Of a DNA stretch of 64,000 nt, positions 61,134 through 64,000 are shown piece after piece. Position numbers and translations under genes: made by a program. The stretch's first letter is position 1; each line of letters starts with the position of its first letter. The DNA lies in the NCBI GenBank assembly GCA_964016885.1, contig OZ024741.1, forward strand, positions 307,210,001-307,274,000, read 5' to 3'. Below the pieces are notes generated by a model. The model did not search any database, was not told where the DNA came from, and was given only the letters and a program-made list of their open reading frames with translations. The stretch comes from Eledone cirrhosa (Eukaryota).

Positions 61134-64000
61134 CTATTGGAGGGCTGCCTTGTAAACCACATTTTTTGTAAATCTTCCGGGAGCGTAGTAAAAGAGACTT
61201 GCTGAGTTTCCAACTCTTGAACATCCCACATACAGTTGTTCGTGTGAAAAACATGGGGTACTGAGGTCTAGCCAACCACTTTTAGTGATTGCTCCTGGGA
61301 TTTGTTAATGGTCATTGCAAAACTTAATCGAATGGGGAATTGAACTCTTTTCATCGGAAAGACACAGTCAGTTGGAATAAGTGGAACTCGGGAAATAAAA
61401 ACAGAGTCACCAGCGCCTTTTCCAGTAATGATTGTAGCCTCGAGAACGTCTCCAACATTTGCGTTATAACCAAGCGTGTGCCATTGCAAAGCCGAGGAGG
61501 TTCCAAATTTCTTAAGAGTATGATGAGACATCCAAGTCTTAGGCAGAGTTTATGCGGTGGCATTCCCGATGGTTCTTGTGAGTTTAAAAACTCTGTTGAG
61601 TAAAACGTTACTTGCGTTGGATCCGTAATCGAATCAATCGAAGCATAACATCGCTCTTGGGAAGGAAGTTGATAAAGCAGACATGTGTTAATAGCTTGGA
61701 CGGTGGCATTCGTAGGGGCTAAGATAGCCCTTTCACACATCCATTGATGACTGACGTAATTTGTTGAGAGGTCGGGGAAACTTTTGTGCAAAGGTCCCCA
61801 GGGCTGGGGACGTAGTTGCCGATGGTACTTATGTCAACGAAACCGTTTACGTCGATTAGTAAGTTCCCATTACCAACATCCAATAACTTTGAAGCAAAAT
61901 AATTGTTACCGTCTTGTTGGTGGAGAATCGATCGCATGTTGATGGTTAACATTCTCGACTTGACGAAGCGCCAAAAATGAGAATGTTTAATGCAAGCGTC
62001 TATTTCATCACCTGGTTGACCTTTTGGGATGATGGGAAGAGTTTGACGAAAGTCCCCAGCAAGAAGCAGAACGACGCCACCGAAAGGTTTAGAGTTGGAG
62101 CGTAGGTCTTGTAGCGTTGCATTGATTGCATGAAGTGCATTCTTGTGGGACATTGTCGCCTCATCCCAGACAATCATTTTGCATTATCGAAAGACAGCAG
62201 CCTCATCAGAATTCTTCTTTACATTAGTGGTCGGATTTTCAACATGACCAATGTTAAGGGGAAGCTTAAATGTTGAATGGACTGTTCTGCCGCCGTCTAG
62301 CAGTGTTGCTGCTATTCCTGAAGATGCCATTGCAATGGCAATCTGTCCATGTTGGCGAACTTTGGCAAGAAGGAGGTTTAGTAGAAATGTCTTTCCTGTG
62401 CCACCTGGCGCATCAAGGAAGAGGATGCCGCCGTTTATGTCTTCAAGCATGGTCAAAACAAAAGAATTCAAAAGTTTTTCTCTTTTTTGAATGTAGGACA
62501 GAAGCCTGGCAGCATTGTAGTATGTCTCCCTTAGTACGTGGCGGTTACAAACAGCCTCATTTTCTCTTTTAGGGGATTCCATATAGTAGTTCTTCAAGGG
62601 ATGGCCGGTCATTTCCAAAAGTATATCTTCTAGAAATATGAGACCGCAATTGTACATTTCATGTGTAAACTGTAAATTCATGTCTGTGGACGCAAAGCAA
62701 GATTGCATTAGGATGTCCAAGCACATGCTGTCACGATATTTATCCCAGAAAGACTGTGGATTCCCAAGACTGCGGTATACCAGCATAACGGCGAAAAGCT
62801 TACGAAGAGCAATTGGTGACTGCAACATTGATGCTTCATGGAGGGCGTGGTCATAGTGGTCATCGTTGTCGAGAAGACCTAATTTGGAGCAGGCCTCTTT
62901 AAATGTTGACCAAATATGGCCATTGACGGTACGGAGGTCTTCAAATGAAGTCAGACCTTTGATAACGTGCAATAGAAGATGAAGGTGAAAACATTCTGAA
63001 TTGAGCGGGTGAACTGTGTACACTCTTGAGAGGGCATCAGACTCACGCATCAAAGCATCCCTTTGTGAAATGCGTCCTCGCTTTCTTCTTTGCCAACAGC
63101 AGGAAGATTTATTCCACGTGTAGAATGTAGGCAACTCTGCATAAAGAAGTGTTCTGGCAAAAGAGTCTGAAGTACAAAGTTCAAAGAACCCGGTAAGGGT
63201 CGTTCTTCGAGGTTGTCTTGCACAGTCAAGCATATTTTCGTGGTTAAAATACACCCGTTGACCATTCTCCAAATGAACGCTGAGATGAATAACTGCAGGT
63301 TCACGTTCATGGATCGGAAAACCGAATATGCGCCAAAATCCCTCGTTAGAAGAGATATAGCGTCCAGTTTGAAAACACGTGACTTCATCTGTGGCAGCAT
63401 CAGGGTTATCGCTTTTAGCCAACTCAATAACTGCTCGATCAGCTCCCTTATGGACATACTTGCAGATGTATTGGATTGCTTTGACGGAGTTGCAGAATTC
63501 AACGTTAATATGGGCTGAAAACATTTTACATAGCACCTTGTTATGTGGTACAACCCATCGGTTGTCAATAGTGAAATCTTGACCACCAAGCATTGTTATA
63601 TTTGCCATATGTCAACCCTCCTGCGGTGCTCGGCGACGGTATGAAGGGTAGCCATCATCACCAGTTTTGGTTTCATTGATGAGTTTACGTGGGTAACGCT
63701 TTGTACATCTCCTATTGTCCATACATGCAGATTTTGGATTTAGGTGGCCACACGGGCCATGTATCATATTGGCTTTTATGATTTGAAATAGCGAAGGGTC
63801 TTCTTGGGGATTTGGCAATTCAGCACTGATAATGGAATCAACATCAGTTGACATAAGTTTCTTTTGAAGCCAAAGGAGAATATGGGCATGTGGGAGTCCT
63901 CTCTTCTGCCATTCTACTGTGTACATGAAGCACCTTACTGGTCCAAAATGTTGTCCGTATTTTAAAACATACAACATTTTTATAAGCTTCATGTGAAACA
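61134..64000 (-). pseudogene. Helitron Rep (HUH) plus Pif1-like helicase, with several stops and frameshifts
   Basis: VEWQKRGLPHAHILLW, YICKYVHKG, DAPGGTGKT, IVWDEATM, GDFRQTLP, LAPTN, LCNGTRL, QFPIRLSFAMTINKSQ, then FSHEQLYVGCSRV..TKNVVYKAALQ* (stop 61136-61134). Confidence 0.93.

Larger units (their letters stand above)
59489..64000 (-). mobile_element. Helitron (degenerate RepHel) with intact 3' terminus; continues beyond the window
   Basis: 3' hairpin gacaccgtcc-aat-ggacaggggtc (59498-59521), then CTAG|T at 59492-59488. Confidence 0.92.

Overview
AT-rich animal DNA; no host gene, rRNA, true tRNA or CRISPR is supportable. The SINE and LINE types suggest a cephalopod such as octopus (inference). 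The window is a (TA)n/(TACA)n microsatellite field with many retroelements and DNA transposons inserted into it, and nearly all IY/YI-rich ORFs in the track are microsatellite artefacts. Recognisable elements: Penelope-like elements (PLEs) with RT and GIY-YIG, three to four of them Naiad-like; a near full-length RTE LINE with APE, RT and a PHD-like finger; further RTE fragments, one with a 5' inversion; a CR1-type LINE; tRNA-derived SINEs; a small MITE; and a rearranged Helitron. The main hidden signal is RNA. By manual folding I find about 23 type I hammerhead ribozyme (HHR) motifs on both strands, from many distinct families. Most have a family-specific palindromic stem III, several have variant cores (U3/A8, U4C, U4A) and several have very long stem II inserts. 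Some lie in non-coding tandem monomers of 472 and 551 nt that resemble non-LTR retrozymes. One lies in each arm of a 3.5-kb inverted repeat around an open Naiad ORF. All structures were read by eye, and activity is untested.
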